Of a DNA stretch of 64,000 nucleotides, positions 47,458 to 59,551 are shown one piece after another. The stretch comes from Azolla caroliniana. Lineage: Eukaryota > Plantae > Polypodiophyta. Numbering within the stretch: the first letter of the stretch is position 1; each line of letters starts with the position of its first letter. The notes beneath the pieces were generated by a model. The model saw nothing but the letters and a program-made list of their open reading frames with translations, was not told where the DNA came from and did no database searches. Location of the stretch: assembly GCA_043228905.1 (NCBI GenBank), contig JBHGNT010000014.1, forward strand, positions 5,704,001 through 5,768,000, given 5' to 3'. A program made the position numbers and the translations under genes.

Positions 47458-50350
47458 ATTTGTTGGTCGAAGGGAATCCGGCTCGAGTTTAATGTGCCGA
47501 AGAAAACGGAACTAAATGGGCTGGCCGAAAGGATGAACCAGACCATAATGGAGAGAGTTCGGAGCATGTTAGCACATGCAAAGTTACCCAAGACGTTTTG
47601 GGCTGAGGTGCTGATGATGACGACCTATGTGATAAATAGATCACCCTCAACACCCTTGGCAGGAGACTCACCTTAGAAAGTATGGACCGGTAAAGATGTA
47701 TCTTACCGGCATCTAAAGGGGTTCAGGTGTCTCGCATATGTGCATGTTGCAAAGGACAAGAGAGTAAAGCAGGATCCGAAGTCCAGGCCATGTATATTCC
47801 TTAGATACAACGATGATGAGTTCGGTTACCGGGTGTGGGATTTGGTCGACAAGAAGATGTTCCAGAGTCGGGACCTAGTCTTCATGGAAGACAGGATCAT
47901 TGCCGACTGGGAGTCGGAGAAGAAGATGATGAGCTCCGCATCATCCAATGAAAACCGGCTTGAGGACACAAGGATATACCCGGTTGAAAACCAGATGTTA
48001 GCCGATAACCGGATGACACTCGACTAAACGGCCGGATACGAACAAGAAACCGAACCGACCGAAGAAGAAGAAGAAGAAGAGGAGGAAGACACCGGAACCG
48101 GACAAGATCCTGAATTGGATTCGGATTCGGAATAAACGGAGGAATCGACAGTCAGAAATCAACGATGAAGATATCCTCTCAAAGAGAGAAGAGCCCCTGG
48201 GAGATTTCCGGATGCAGAGCACGTGTTGCTAACCAATGAGGGGGAGCCGGAAAGCTTTGAAGAAGCAAAGAGAGACAACCACAGCCGCAAGTGGTTGAGT
48301 GCCATGCAGGATGAAATGGATTCCCTACATGAGAACCACACGTATGAACTGACGGAGTTGCCCAAAGGAAAGAGGGCACTTCGAAACAAGTGGGTGTACA
48401 AGCTGAAACCGGGAGATGCCGGAAACCCACCGAGATACAAAGCCCGAATCGTGGTGAAGGGGTTCCTGTAGAAGAAAGGAGTGGATTTCGATGTCATATT
48501 TGCCCCGATATAAAGATGACATCCATCCGGACGGTATTGGGCATAGCGGCAAGCATGGACCCCGAGGTAGAGCAACTGGACGTCAAGACAACATTCCTAC
48601 ATGGCGACCTCAAAGAAGAAATCTACATGCATCAACTAGAAGGATTTGAGAAGAAAGGGAAGGAGTACCTGGTGTGCTGGCTAAAGAAGAGCCTATACGG
48701 ACTGAAGCAAGGCCCCCGACAATGGTACCAGAAGTTCGACTCCTTCATGACCGACCAAGGGTACCACAAAACGCAAGACGATCACTACGTGTTTGTAAAG
48801 AAATTTGACGGAGGAGATTTCCTGATACTCCTCCTATATGTGGATGATATGCTGATCGTCGGACGAGACCAAGTGAAGATACAGATGCTGAAGAAGGCTA
48901 TGAACCAGACCTTCTCAATGAAAGACTTGGGGCCGACAAGACAGATATTGGGAATGCACATCATCTGGGACCGTTCGAAGAAGTTGTTGTGGTTTTCACA
49001 GGAAAAGTATGTGACAAAGGTACTCCAAAGGTTCAAAATGTCGGAGGCAAAACCGGTCGGATTGACACTTCCGGCAAACTGCAAGCTATCCAGAAAATAA
49101 AGCCCAAGGACAAAGGTGGAGAAGACGGATATGATGAAGATATCATATGCCTCTGCCGTCGGGAGGTTAATGTACGCAATGATATGTACCCGACCGGATA
49201 TCGGAAATGCAATTGGAGTGGTGAGCCGGTTCATGAGCAATCCCAGCAAAGAGCATTGGAACGCGGTCAAGTGGATACTCCGGTACTTGAAAGGCACCTT
49301 GAGTATGTGCCTCTGGTTCGGCTCTGGTAATCCCCAACTTGACAGATTCACGGATTTGGATATGTCGGTTGATGCGGTTACCATCCATCTACATTCGGAT
49401 ATGTCATGACTTATGCAGGGGGAGCTGTATCATGGCAGTCGAGGTTGCACAAGACGGTTGCGTTGTCAACCACGGAGGTGGAGTACATGGCAGTTGTGGA
49501 AGCCGACAAGGAGATAATCTGGATGAAGGACTTCATCTGAGAGCTAGGGATCCAACAGGAGGAATACCGGCTCTACTGCGACAGTCAAAGTGCCATCCAC
49601 CTTGCAAAGAACGCGGCCTACCATTCCTGAACGAAACATATCCAGCGGAGGTACCACTGGATCTGGGAGAGAGTAGAAGATCAAGAGTTCATGCTGACGA
49701 AGATCCACATGGAGGAGAACGGGTCGGATATGCTGACCAAGGTGCTGACGACCGACAAGCTGGATGCGTGCTGAAAGCGGATCGGGTTGACAAGATATCC
49801 CATGCTGGAGTGAAGAGGGAGATTGTTTGGAAATCAGTCCCTCCGGATGGGATCCGGCTGTGAATGAAGAGATCCGGAAACCGGATCGGATGGACCCGGT
49901 GAGAACCGGAAGAGAAGATAGATTTGTAAATATGTCTTGAGTAAGCCTACTGAGGCTACATTTGTAAATAGCCCTAAGTTCATACAAGTATAAATATGAC
50001 TTACGGCAATCACTTTAGGTGTATGTGAGAGTGCATAGTGTTGATGTCATACTATTGAAATTGTTGTACAGAGAGCGAGAAAGTGTGTTAGATACAGTGC
50101 GATACTCTGTTGTAACCGCAGGTTGGCGAAGATACAGAGCTCGAGGTCGTTGCCTCTAAGGCTCTGAATGTACCTTTCTCATATAGTGATAGTTTGGAGT
50201 CTGTGGGCTCCCGTGGTTTTTCCCTATTAGGGGTTTCCACGTAAACATCCTGTGTATTTCCTTGTGTACTCTCCATTTCCCATTTCTGTGTTTCATTCTC
50301 ATAGAAGTGATTCAAGACTCGGTTGTGGTCAAGCAATATTCCGCTCTATT
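47458..50350 (+). mobile_element. 5'-truncated decayed copia element L (IN, RT, RNase H, 3' LTR from 49824), F/H family
   Basis: ELNGLAERMN, YVDD, PPT GAAGAGGGAGAT, then TGTTTGGAAATC. The LTR end is approximate. Confidence 0.85.
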
Positions 50351-50353
50351 CTC

Positions 50354-50590
50354 TTGAAAGATCCCTCTAAAACATGCCTCCAATGTGTAAAAGAGTCCAC
50401 TATTGCTAATAGCTCCTTGTCATGAATTTCATTATTGATTTCGGTGGCGTCAAACTTGCATGAGTGGAAAGCCACAAGATGTAGCTTTTCATCATAACAT
50501 TGTTGTGACAGAATGCTACCCAGGGCAAAATCCGACGCCTCTGCCTCAATTACCAACGGTTTTTTCAGATCAATATGAGATAGAATAGGA
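50354..50590 (-). pseudogene. pol: RNase H fragment of an element B-like chromovirus
   Basis: PILSHID...IEAEASDFALGSILSQ...[12 protein letters not shown]...WRHVLEG, similar to 16720-16950. Confidence 0.8.
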
Positions 50591-50830
50591 GTGCACGGAC
50601 GTGTGGACGTTTTGGGCGTACACGCGTATGCACGACCGTGTGGATGCTTCGGGCGTACGCGCGTGTGCACGGCCGCATGGACGTTTTTGGATGTACGCAC
50701 ATGTGCAAGTTTCGGGCGTACACGTGCACGGCCGCGTGGATGTTTCGGACGGATGTGCACATGCACGGCCTCGTGGGATGCTCGGACGGACGTGTGTGTG
50801 CGGACGAGCGTGCGTGGATGCGTACATTGC
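50591..50830. repeat. GT-rich tandem array (GTGTGGACGTTTTGGGCGTAC / GTGCAAGTTTCGGGCGTA) in the element I LTR
   Basis: The same unit family recurs at 62880-63262. Confidence 0.8.
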
Positions 50831-53800
50831 GTGGTCGGGACTTTTGCGCGCGGACGCGTCTACGGTTTGGTTGCGACGCATGTACGGATTGCGCACGGGC
50901 TAAACTTTATGGATGATTGGGTCATTTGGCCGAATTATATGGACGGTTGCATGCAACTAAAAGCCAAGGCCATGCAACTAAAAATGGAAGCATGCAACTA
51001 AAACTAGAGGCCATGGAACTGAAAATAGAGGCCATGCAGCTAAAAGTGGGCATGCAAAGTAACATTGGGAAGGGGGATCAACAAAGAGCTCCTCGATATA
51101 TGTTCCATTTTTTCCCTCTACTTTTTTTCTCCCCCTTTCTGTTTCTCTCTCCCATTCCTTGGGGAAGAAATCTCTCTCATATTGATATCGGACCACTCCT
51201 TACATGGCTTTTGGCTCCTTTCTTTTTTAAGAATGATCTCTCATTTTCATGTCCAACCTGTTGTAACAAGATTCTTGAATTATAAAAGAATCTATTTTCT
51301 TATGCAATAAACGAACGGTTTCTCTCATCTACTCGTCTTATATGTGGATTTTGCTTGTGTTGTACGTGTTGCACTAAATCCTTCTAATCCAGAACCCCGG
51401 CGGTTCCGCCTCGCGATCCACACATAATGATAGATTTTTACGACATAATTAAATGGTGAACCCGACGTGAAAGAGGCAGTAGGGAGGATCTCAAGTACAA
51501 TGATGGCTTCGACAAGTGGAACTCAAGGAGAGGAATTAACGAAAGGTATGGTGTCCCTAATGGAATACATGCTGAAGGTGAGAGATCGAGAAGCTTTAAT
51601 CGACAAAGTTGTTGATCGTATGGTCGAGATAGCTGGACAATTTGGTGGCAAGAACATCACGAATTTTCTTGCTACCTATCGGAACGAGATGCAACAGAGG
51701 GATGTCAACGATCTCAAACAAATTTCTAGCTTCAAACGTGTGGTGGAACCAGGGACCTGCGAGCGTGTCATGGAGATCCAAAATGAGCACACAACATGGG
51801 TGCAGTTCGAAAAGGTGCTTCTCGCTGAATACATGATTGAAGACGTGTCACGGATGACTCGACATAATCTAATGACGTGGATCAAGAAGAAAGGGAATAA
51901 TATGTGTGCGTCTGGAGTATATGCCGAATTCGACCAAAAGTACAACCGACTTCCGAGTGTTGATCAATGAGTTCTTGATGGAGATAAAGTCCTACTATTC
52001 CTAAAGGAAGTGGATGCGAAAGATTGGTGAGAATTGGGCAACTTTTTGGAGGACGAAACACAACCAAATGGTTTGGTAGTGGACTAGGTGGCGGTGAAGA
52101 AGGCTTGTAGCCGCCTTGATAAGCTTCAACAATGGCAAGAGGAAACTTATATGGAGAATCCATAATCGTGGAGGAGGAAGGCGCCTATGACGATCGAGCC
52201 TAGCAAGCCGATCAACAATTTCGACAAGAAAGCGATGGAAGAATCCATAATCGAAGAGCTCTCCAAGAAGTTTGAAGCGGTATTGTTGGCCAACTTAGGT
52301 CGACGTGGGCCCAAGGGAGAAGAAGCATATAGATGTGTGTGGTGTGACAGTTGGCCAAATCTAGTCGACGATAACACCAGCTTTGCGGAGGTTGTATGTC
52401 ACAACTATGAAGCTCTTGTCGAAGAGAAGAGGAAAAGAACCGATGAAGAAGATGGCACATCAAAGCGTCACAATATGAGGAATGCAGGGAAAGAAGGACA
52501 AGCCCAACCTACGCCACGAAAAGAGATAGGGGAAACAAGCATGAAGGCCGATGGATGGAGCCAACCTTCTCGGATGGAAGTCGATGAATCTGTGAAGAAA
52601 GGAAAAGAACGAGCGGCGCTGACTTACAAGCTAAGGTCGGACATAGAACAAACAACCGACTTGCGGAAGGTCCTTGAGGGGAAGGTTTTAGACAGTCATG
52701 TCGACCTTACTTTGAGAGAGCTACTTGGGATCTCTAAGAAGGAGTTCCACGATACTATCGTGGACTTGATTAAGCGGAAGCGGCAACAAGCGGATGAAGA
52801 GGAGGTGAAAACAAGTGCAATAACTATGGCAAGATTGGAAGAGGAGAAAGAAGAAGAAGTGATGGTGGACAACCATTACTCTCTGCCTCATTGGGCAAGA
52901 GCAATAAGGAGACGCCGGTGAAGATCGGGGAGAAGAAAGAGACCGTGGTAGCTTTAATTGACCATGGTTCGGAGATTAACCTCATGTCGGCTGAGTTCTA
53001 CAAAAAGGGAAGATGGCCGATTAATATAAACCACGGATGGAAGATTCGAGCGGAAATGAAGGCCACGGAAGACTTGTAGAGAGCTTGCCCCAATGTTAAA
53101 GTCACAATTGGAGATGTAGAGATGGATCAACACTTCTTCGTGCAAGACTCGGCTTCACATACTGTCATCCTAGGACAACCGTATATCACATCGTCCTGGA
53201 TGGAGACCAAGGTGTTCGATAATGGAGCAGCTTTTGTGCGAGTCAAGAGCCTTGACAACCAAAGATCTATTCAATTCCTAACGGTGCGAGCCAATCACAA
53301 AAGGAACTGAGATAGCCTTGGAGGCGAATCCTCGGATTTTTAGAACGAACTATTGAAGCATGGGGCACAAATAGTTCGAGAAATCATAAGTCCCCACAAG
53401 GAAGTAGAATGCATGGATTGCAATGAGAAGCAACATGTGTCACACCTAGTGGCGCATGTAAACTAACACTACTCAATAAGAAGTACAAGTGTCGGATACA
53501 AGAATTCGAGAAGGGGCTGAAAGAAGAAACCATAATAGGAGAAGAAGAATTCGTAACTCATATTCTAGAGGAAGCCTCATTTAATGACACCATCGACGAA
53601 ATTGAGGAAGTCGTGGACTTGAGCTATCCTCACGATCGACACGAGATTTTGGTTAGCTCCATCAACATGTACGATATCATCGATGAATATCATCGAGGCA
53701 TCTTGATGGAGGAAGCTGAAGTCAACACGAAATATAAAACATTGGATAGAAAGATCAAGCTAGTTGCGGTTCTACTACCGGAAGATAGCTGGCGAAAGAT

Positions 53801-54792
53801 GAAGGAAGTTTCTAATGATCCAAGCTTAAGGGATCCAAAGGCAATAGGTCATGTCTTCACTAAAGAGACAAAAGGGAAGCTACAAGTTGGAAAGGAGGAT
53901 TTCCTCCTACCTGAAGAGGAGCGAATGTTCCGCGGAATGCTTGAGAGACATGGGAAAGCCTTCGCCGTCTCCCCACAAGAGATCGGATGTGTCGACCCGA
54001 AGATGATAGAGCTGATGGTGATATTTACGGTGCCGCATGTACCTTGGAACCTCAAGCCGATACCGGTTCCAAGAGCTTGACAGGAACTACACGCTCCCTA
54101 AGCACAACGCTCGGCCACAACCGAGCTTAGAATCATACATAGAAAATGGGTAGTGAATGCACAACACAATGGAGAGAGGAGTACACAGGATGTTTACGTG
54201 GAAAACCCAAACACGGGAAAAACCACGACAATCCACAAACTGCTAACTATCAGTATGTAACAATATACAATAGATGAACACAGAGGCAACAACCTCTTGT
54301 TCACTGTCTTCGCCACAGGCGGCGGCGGTTACAATAGAGATACAGACTCTTTGTCTCTCTCTCTCTCTCTCTCTCTGTACACTGTGCACTCTAATCTTGC
54401 ACCAACAAAAATGACAACCACAACCTAAGTTTGCCCTAAGTCATATTTATACTAATATGACTTTTTGGCTATTAACAAATATAGCCCCGATGGACTCTCA
54501 GGAAACATATTTACGAATATGTCCCTTCATCCGGTGAGCACTTCTCACTGGGCCTTCACCATCTTGCTCTTGCCGGGTACTCGTCATCCGGTTATCACCG
54601 GGTCTTTCGTTGCCGGGTAGTCCACATCCGGTTCTCACCGGGTTGTCCGTTGCCGGGTACTCCACATCCGGTTCTCACCGGGTCTTCTGTAGCCGGGTAC
54701 ACCTCATCTGGTTCTCAACGGGTCTTCCGTAGTTGGGTACTCCTCATCCGGATTCCAATCCGGAGGGACTTTTTTCCTAACAAACTCCCCCT

Positions 54793-57700
54793 TCACTCCG
54801 GCATGGGATGTCTTACTAGTCCGATCCGCTTCCGACATGCATCTAGCTTGTCGGGTATTAGTACTTTGGTCAGCATATCTGACCCGTTCTCGATCATGTG
54901 GATGTTCGTCAGCGCGAACTCCTGGTCATCTACTCTTTCCCAGATCCAGTGATACCTTCGATGGATATGCTTCGTCTGGGAATGGTAGGCCGCATTCTTA
55001 GCAAGGTGGATGGCACTTTGACTATCGCAATAGAGCCGGTATTCATCTTGCCGGATACCGAGCTCTCCGATGAAGTCCTTCATCCATAGTATTTGCTTGC
55101 CGGCTTCCACAACCGCCATGTACTCCGCTTCTATGGTTGACAACGCAACCGTCTTCTGCAGCCTCGACTACCTCGAAACAGCTCCCCCTGCATATGTCAT
55201 TACATACTCGGATGTAGACCGGCTGATATCCACATCAGCCGACATGTCCGAATCGGTAAAGCCGTCAAGTTGAGGTTTTCCGGGGCCGAATCGGAGACAC
55301 ATGTTCGAAGTGCCCTTTAAGTACCAGAGTATCCATTTGACCGCGTTCCAGTGCTCCTTGCTGGGATTGCTCATAAATCGGCTCACCACTCTGACTGCGT
55401 ATCCTATATCCGGTCGGGTACACACCATTGCGTACATTAAGCTCCCGACGGCTAAGGCATATGGAACCTTCATTAGATCAGCCTTCTCAGCTTTCGTCTT
55501 CGGGCTTTGCTTACCGGATAATCTGCAGTTTGCCGGGAGTGTCGATCCGACCGGTTTTGCTTCTAACATGTTGAACCGCTGAAGCACCTTTGTCACGTAT
55601 TTCTCTTGTGACAGCCACAATTGCTTCGTTGGCCGGTCCCGGATGATATGCATCCCTAGCATCTGTCTTGCCGGACCCAAGTCTTTCATCGTGAAAGTTC
55701 AGTTGAGAGCCTTTTTCGGCATCCGTATTTTGGCTTGGTCTCGTCCGATGATCAACATGTCGTCCACGTACAGAAGGAGTATCAGGAAGTCGCCTCCTTC
55801 AAACTTCTTCACAAACACGCAGTGATCAACCTGTGTCTTGTGGTACCCTTGATCGGTCATGAAGGAGTCGAACTTCCGGTGCCATTGTCGGGGAGCCTAC
55901 TTCAGTCCGTACAGGCTCTTCTTCAACCGGCAAACCAGGTGCTCCTTCCCTTTCTCCACGAATCCTTCTGGTTGCTGCACGTAGATCTCCTCTTCGAGGT
56001 CACCGTGAAGGAATGTCGTCTTCACGTCTAACTGCTCTATCTCGAGGTCCATGCTTGCCGCTATGCTCAGCACCGTCCGGATGGAGGTCATCTTTACTAC
56101 TGGGGCAAATATCTCATCGAAGTCCACGCCCTTCTTCTGCTGGAACCCCTTCACCACAATCCTGGCTTTGTATCTCGGGGGGTTGCCGGCATCTCCCGGT
56201 TTCAACTTGTACACCCACTTGTTTCGGAGTGCCCGCATTCCTTTCGGCAACACCACCAATTCGTACGTATGGTTCTCATGCAGGGAATCCATTTCATCCT
56301 ACATGGCACTTAACCATTTGCAGCTATGGGTGTCATCCTTCGCTTCTTCGCTTCTTCGAAGCTTTCTGGCTCCCCCTCATCAGTTAGTAGCACATGGGTC
56401 CCTTCTCTCTCTGAGAGGATATCTCCGTCTTTGGGCTTCGGTAATCGGCTCCTCCATTTGCTCTTCATCCGAATCCGATTCGGGGTATTGGCCGGTTCCG
56501 GTTTCAGCTTCCTCTACTTCTTCTTTTGCCGGTTCGGTATCCTCACCGTAACCAGCTGGTTCCTCGAGTGCTAACCGGTCTCTTGCTGGTTGGGTCTGCT
56601 CATCGTAGAATCGATCCTTACCGGTTGACTTGGAGTTCATTATCTTCTTCTCCGACTCCCAGTCGGCGAGCGTCTTGTCCTCCATGAAGATAATATCTCG
56701 ACTCCGGAATACCTTCTTGTCGACCAGGTCCCACACTCGGTAGCCGAACTCATCGTCGCCGTAACCGAGGAATACGCATGGCCAGGTTTTCGGAACTAGT
56801 TTTCCTCTCCGGTCCTTAGCTACATGCACATAGGCAAGACACCCGAATACCTTCAGATGCCGGTAGGACACTTCCTTACTGGTCCAGACTCTCTGTGGCG
56901 TGTCTCCATCCAAGGGTACTGAGGTTGATTTGTTTATCACATACGTCGCTGTCGACAGCGCCTCAGCCCAAAACGCCTTGGGTAATTTTGCATGCACCAA
57001 CATACTCCGGACCCTCTCCATTATGGTCTGGTTCATCCTCTTGGCCAACCCATTTAGTTCCGGCGTCTTCGGCACGGTAAATTCGAGCTAGATTCCCTTC
57101 GAGCGGTAGTACTCCTCGAACTGCCCCTGGTATTCTCCTCCGTTATCTGCTCGAACCGCCTTCAGCTTCCGGCCGGTTTCTCTTTCCACTCTCGCATGGA
57201 GCTCTTTGAAGACAGATAGCACCTGATCCTTCATCTTCAACGGTGTGGCCCACAACTTCCGGCTATGGTCATCTATGAACGTCACGAAGTACTGCGATCC
57301 TGCATGTGACTTCGTGTCCACTTGACACACATCAGTGTGCACCAATTGCAGTGGTGCATTATGTCTCATCGGTGGCCTTAGTCGGAAGGAGGTTCGGTTT
57401 TGCTTACCGGCCAGACAATCAGTGCACTTCTCCAAGTGCACGTTCTTCACTGGAATGAGGTTGTTGTCTGCAAGCCTCTTGTTGAGAGACAAGCTCAACA
57501 TCGGCCGGATCGGCTGAAGAAGCCGAGGACCGGATCGGTTGGGACCGATCGGTTAGGCTGAGTGCATAAACCGGGAGGCCGTTAGGAAAGATATTCCGTG
57601 AGGAATATATTTTGGAGTTAGTGTAGGAGCTCTTGATGAGCATTGAAGTACTGTCAGTACTTCGGTCAGTCCTTCTAGGACTTGTATAAAAGTGCTCACT

Positions 57701-59215
57701 GAGCACGTCTTATGTACAGATTGAGTATTATTGTTGAATATAGTTTTTTGTGTTTCTCTCTCTGTCTCTCCCGAGTATACTGCGTAAGCTCAAGCTCTCC
57801 ATTGTACCTCAGTTTCCTTCCTTCTGTTCGGTCTTCATACTTGCTTCCGCACGTTACTTTCTACACCTCTTCATCCCCTTCTCGCTCATGTGACACAGCC
57901 TTTTGTGCCACAGCTCACTGGCAATGTCGGATGCCACGTTCACTTCCTCCGAACATAACCAAGCATTCATCAGGTACAATGTGTTTACCTTCCGGGCCCG
58001 AGCCACAATCAGGCTCCCTTTGCTAAACTTCATAACATCGTTCCGGATGCTACCCGTGTAGCCTTCATCATCTAGCCGACCAGTTGATATCAGGTTCAGA
58101 CGAACCTCCAGAACGTGTCGAACATCCTTCAGCAACAACTTGCATCCGGTTGGTGTTGTCAACCACACGTCTCCTATGTCGATAATTTGGCATGTACCTT
58201 CATTACCCATCCGGACACAGCCGTGATCACCGGCTGAGTAGGATGAGAAGCATTTCCAGTCCGGGGTAAGGTGGAACAACACTCTGGAGTCGACCACCCA
58301 GGTCATCTCATCGCCGGCAAGGTTTATCTCACTCTCCTCGGTGATGAGCATCAACTCTTCTTCACTTGCCGCGATTGCCATCGTTCCCTTCCGGTCCGTT
58401 CCCCTCCGGTCTTTACCGTTCCGGTCCGGTGTCCGCTTTGAATCGGTATCGTCGGTTTCCTTGTCTTTTCGGAAATGCCGACAATTCTTTTGGAAGTGTC
58501 CTGGCTTGCCGCAATAGAAGCAAGTAGGCCTCCCCCTTGACTTTGACCGTGTCCCCGACTTTTCCCGGTTCTGGGGACTACGGTTCCTTTGTCTTCCGCG
58601 TTCCGATTCGGTTAGGAGCTCTTTGGAGTTAGAGCTCATATCCTTATCTTTCCGACGCGCCTCCTCATCTAGCAAGCTCGACTTCACTCTTGCTAGGGAT
58701 AACCATTTCCCTTTTGGCCCGGTGTTGCCCAAAGTGACAACCAACGTCCCCCAACTATCTGGGAGGGAACCGAGCAGGAGTAGCTCTAGTATCTCATCGG
58801 CGAGAGGTACTTCCAATGATGTTGCCTGGTGGATCAGCCCCTGGAAGGCATTCATGTGCTCCGCCATGCTGGAGCCATCTTGGTATCGGAGTCTTACTAG
58901 CTTCCGAAATACCAAAACCTGATTGACAACATTTTTGTTCTGAAACATAATGCCGATCTTCTCCCAGAGCTCATGAGCCTTGCTCTCTTCATTGAAGTTG
59001 TTGTATAGACTCATGTCGATGAAGCACCGTATGTACGCCGTTGTCTTCATGTGCATCACTTCCCATATCGTGGCATCAATTTTGTCTGGTCTCTTGTCCC
59101 CGAATTGAACCGGCAACCAAAGATCTTTAACCACGAGCATGTCCCTCATCTTCAACTTCCACACCGAATAGTTGGAGCCGGTGAGCTTGAACATGCCTCC
59201 CAACGAATCGTCCAT
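54793..59215 (-). pseudogene. gag-pol: Element M gag-pol, with several stops, interrupted by a solo LTR
   Basis: CFYCGKPGHFQKNC, HTDVC, YVDD, FTDSD. Collinear with F from the zinc knuckle onward. Confidence 0.9.
57480..57865 (+). mobile_element. Solo LTR N inside element M
   Basis: TGTTG...CTACA. TSD CCTCT at 57475-57479 and 57866-57870. TATAAAA near 57685. Confidence 0.9.
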
Positions 59216-59519
59216 TTTTCTGTGTCGTTTTGCTCTGATACCACTTTGATAGGAACTACACACTCCCTAAGCACAACGCTCGGCCACAACCGAGCTTAGA
59301 ATCATACATAGAAAATGGGTAGTGAATGCATGACACAATGGAGAGAGGAGTACACAGGATGTTTACGTGGAAAACCCAAACACGGGGAAAACCATGGTAG
59401 TCCACAGACTGCTAACTATCACTATGTAACAATATACAATAGATGAACACAGAGGCAACGACCTCTTGTTCACTGTCTTCGCCACAGACGGTGGTTACAA
59501 CAGAGATACGAACTCTTCG

Positions 59520-59551
<32 letters not shown>

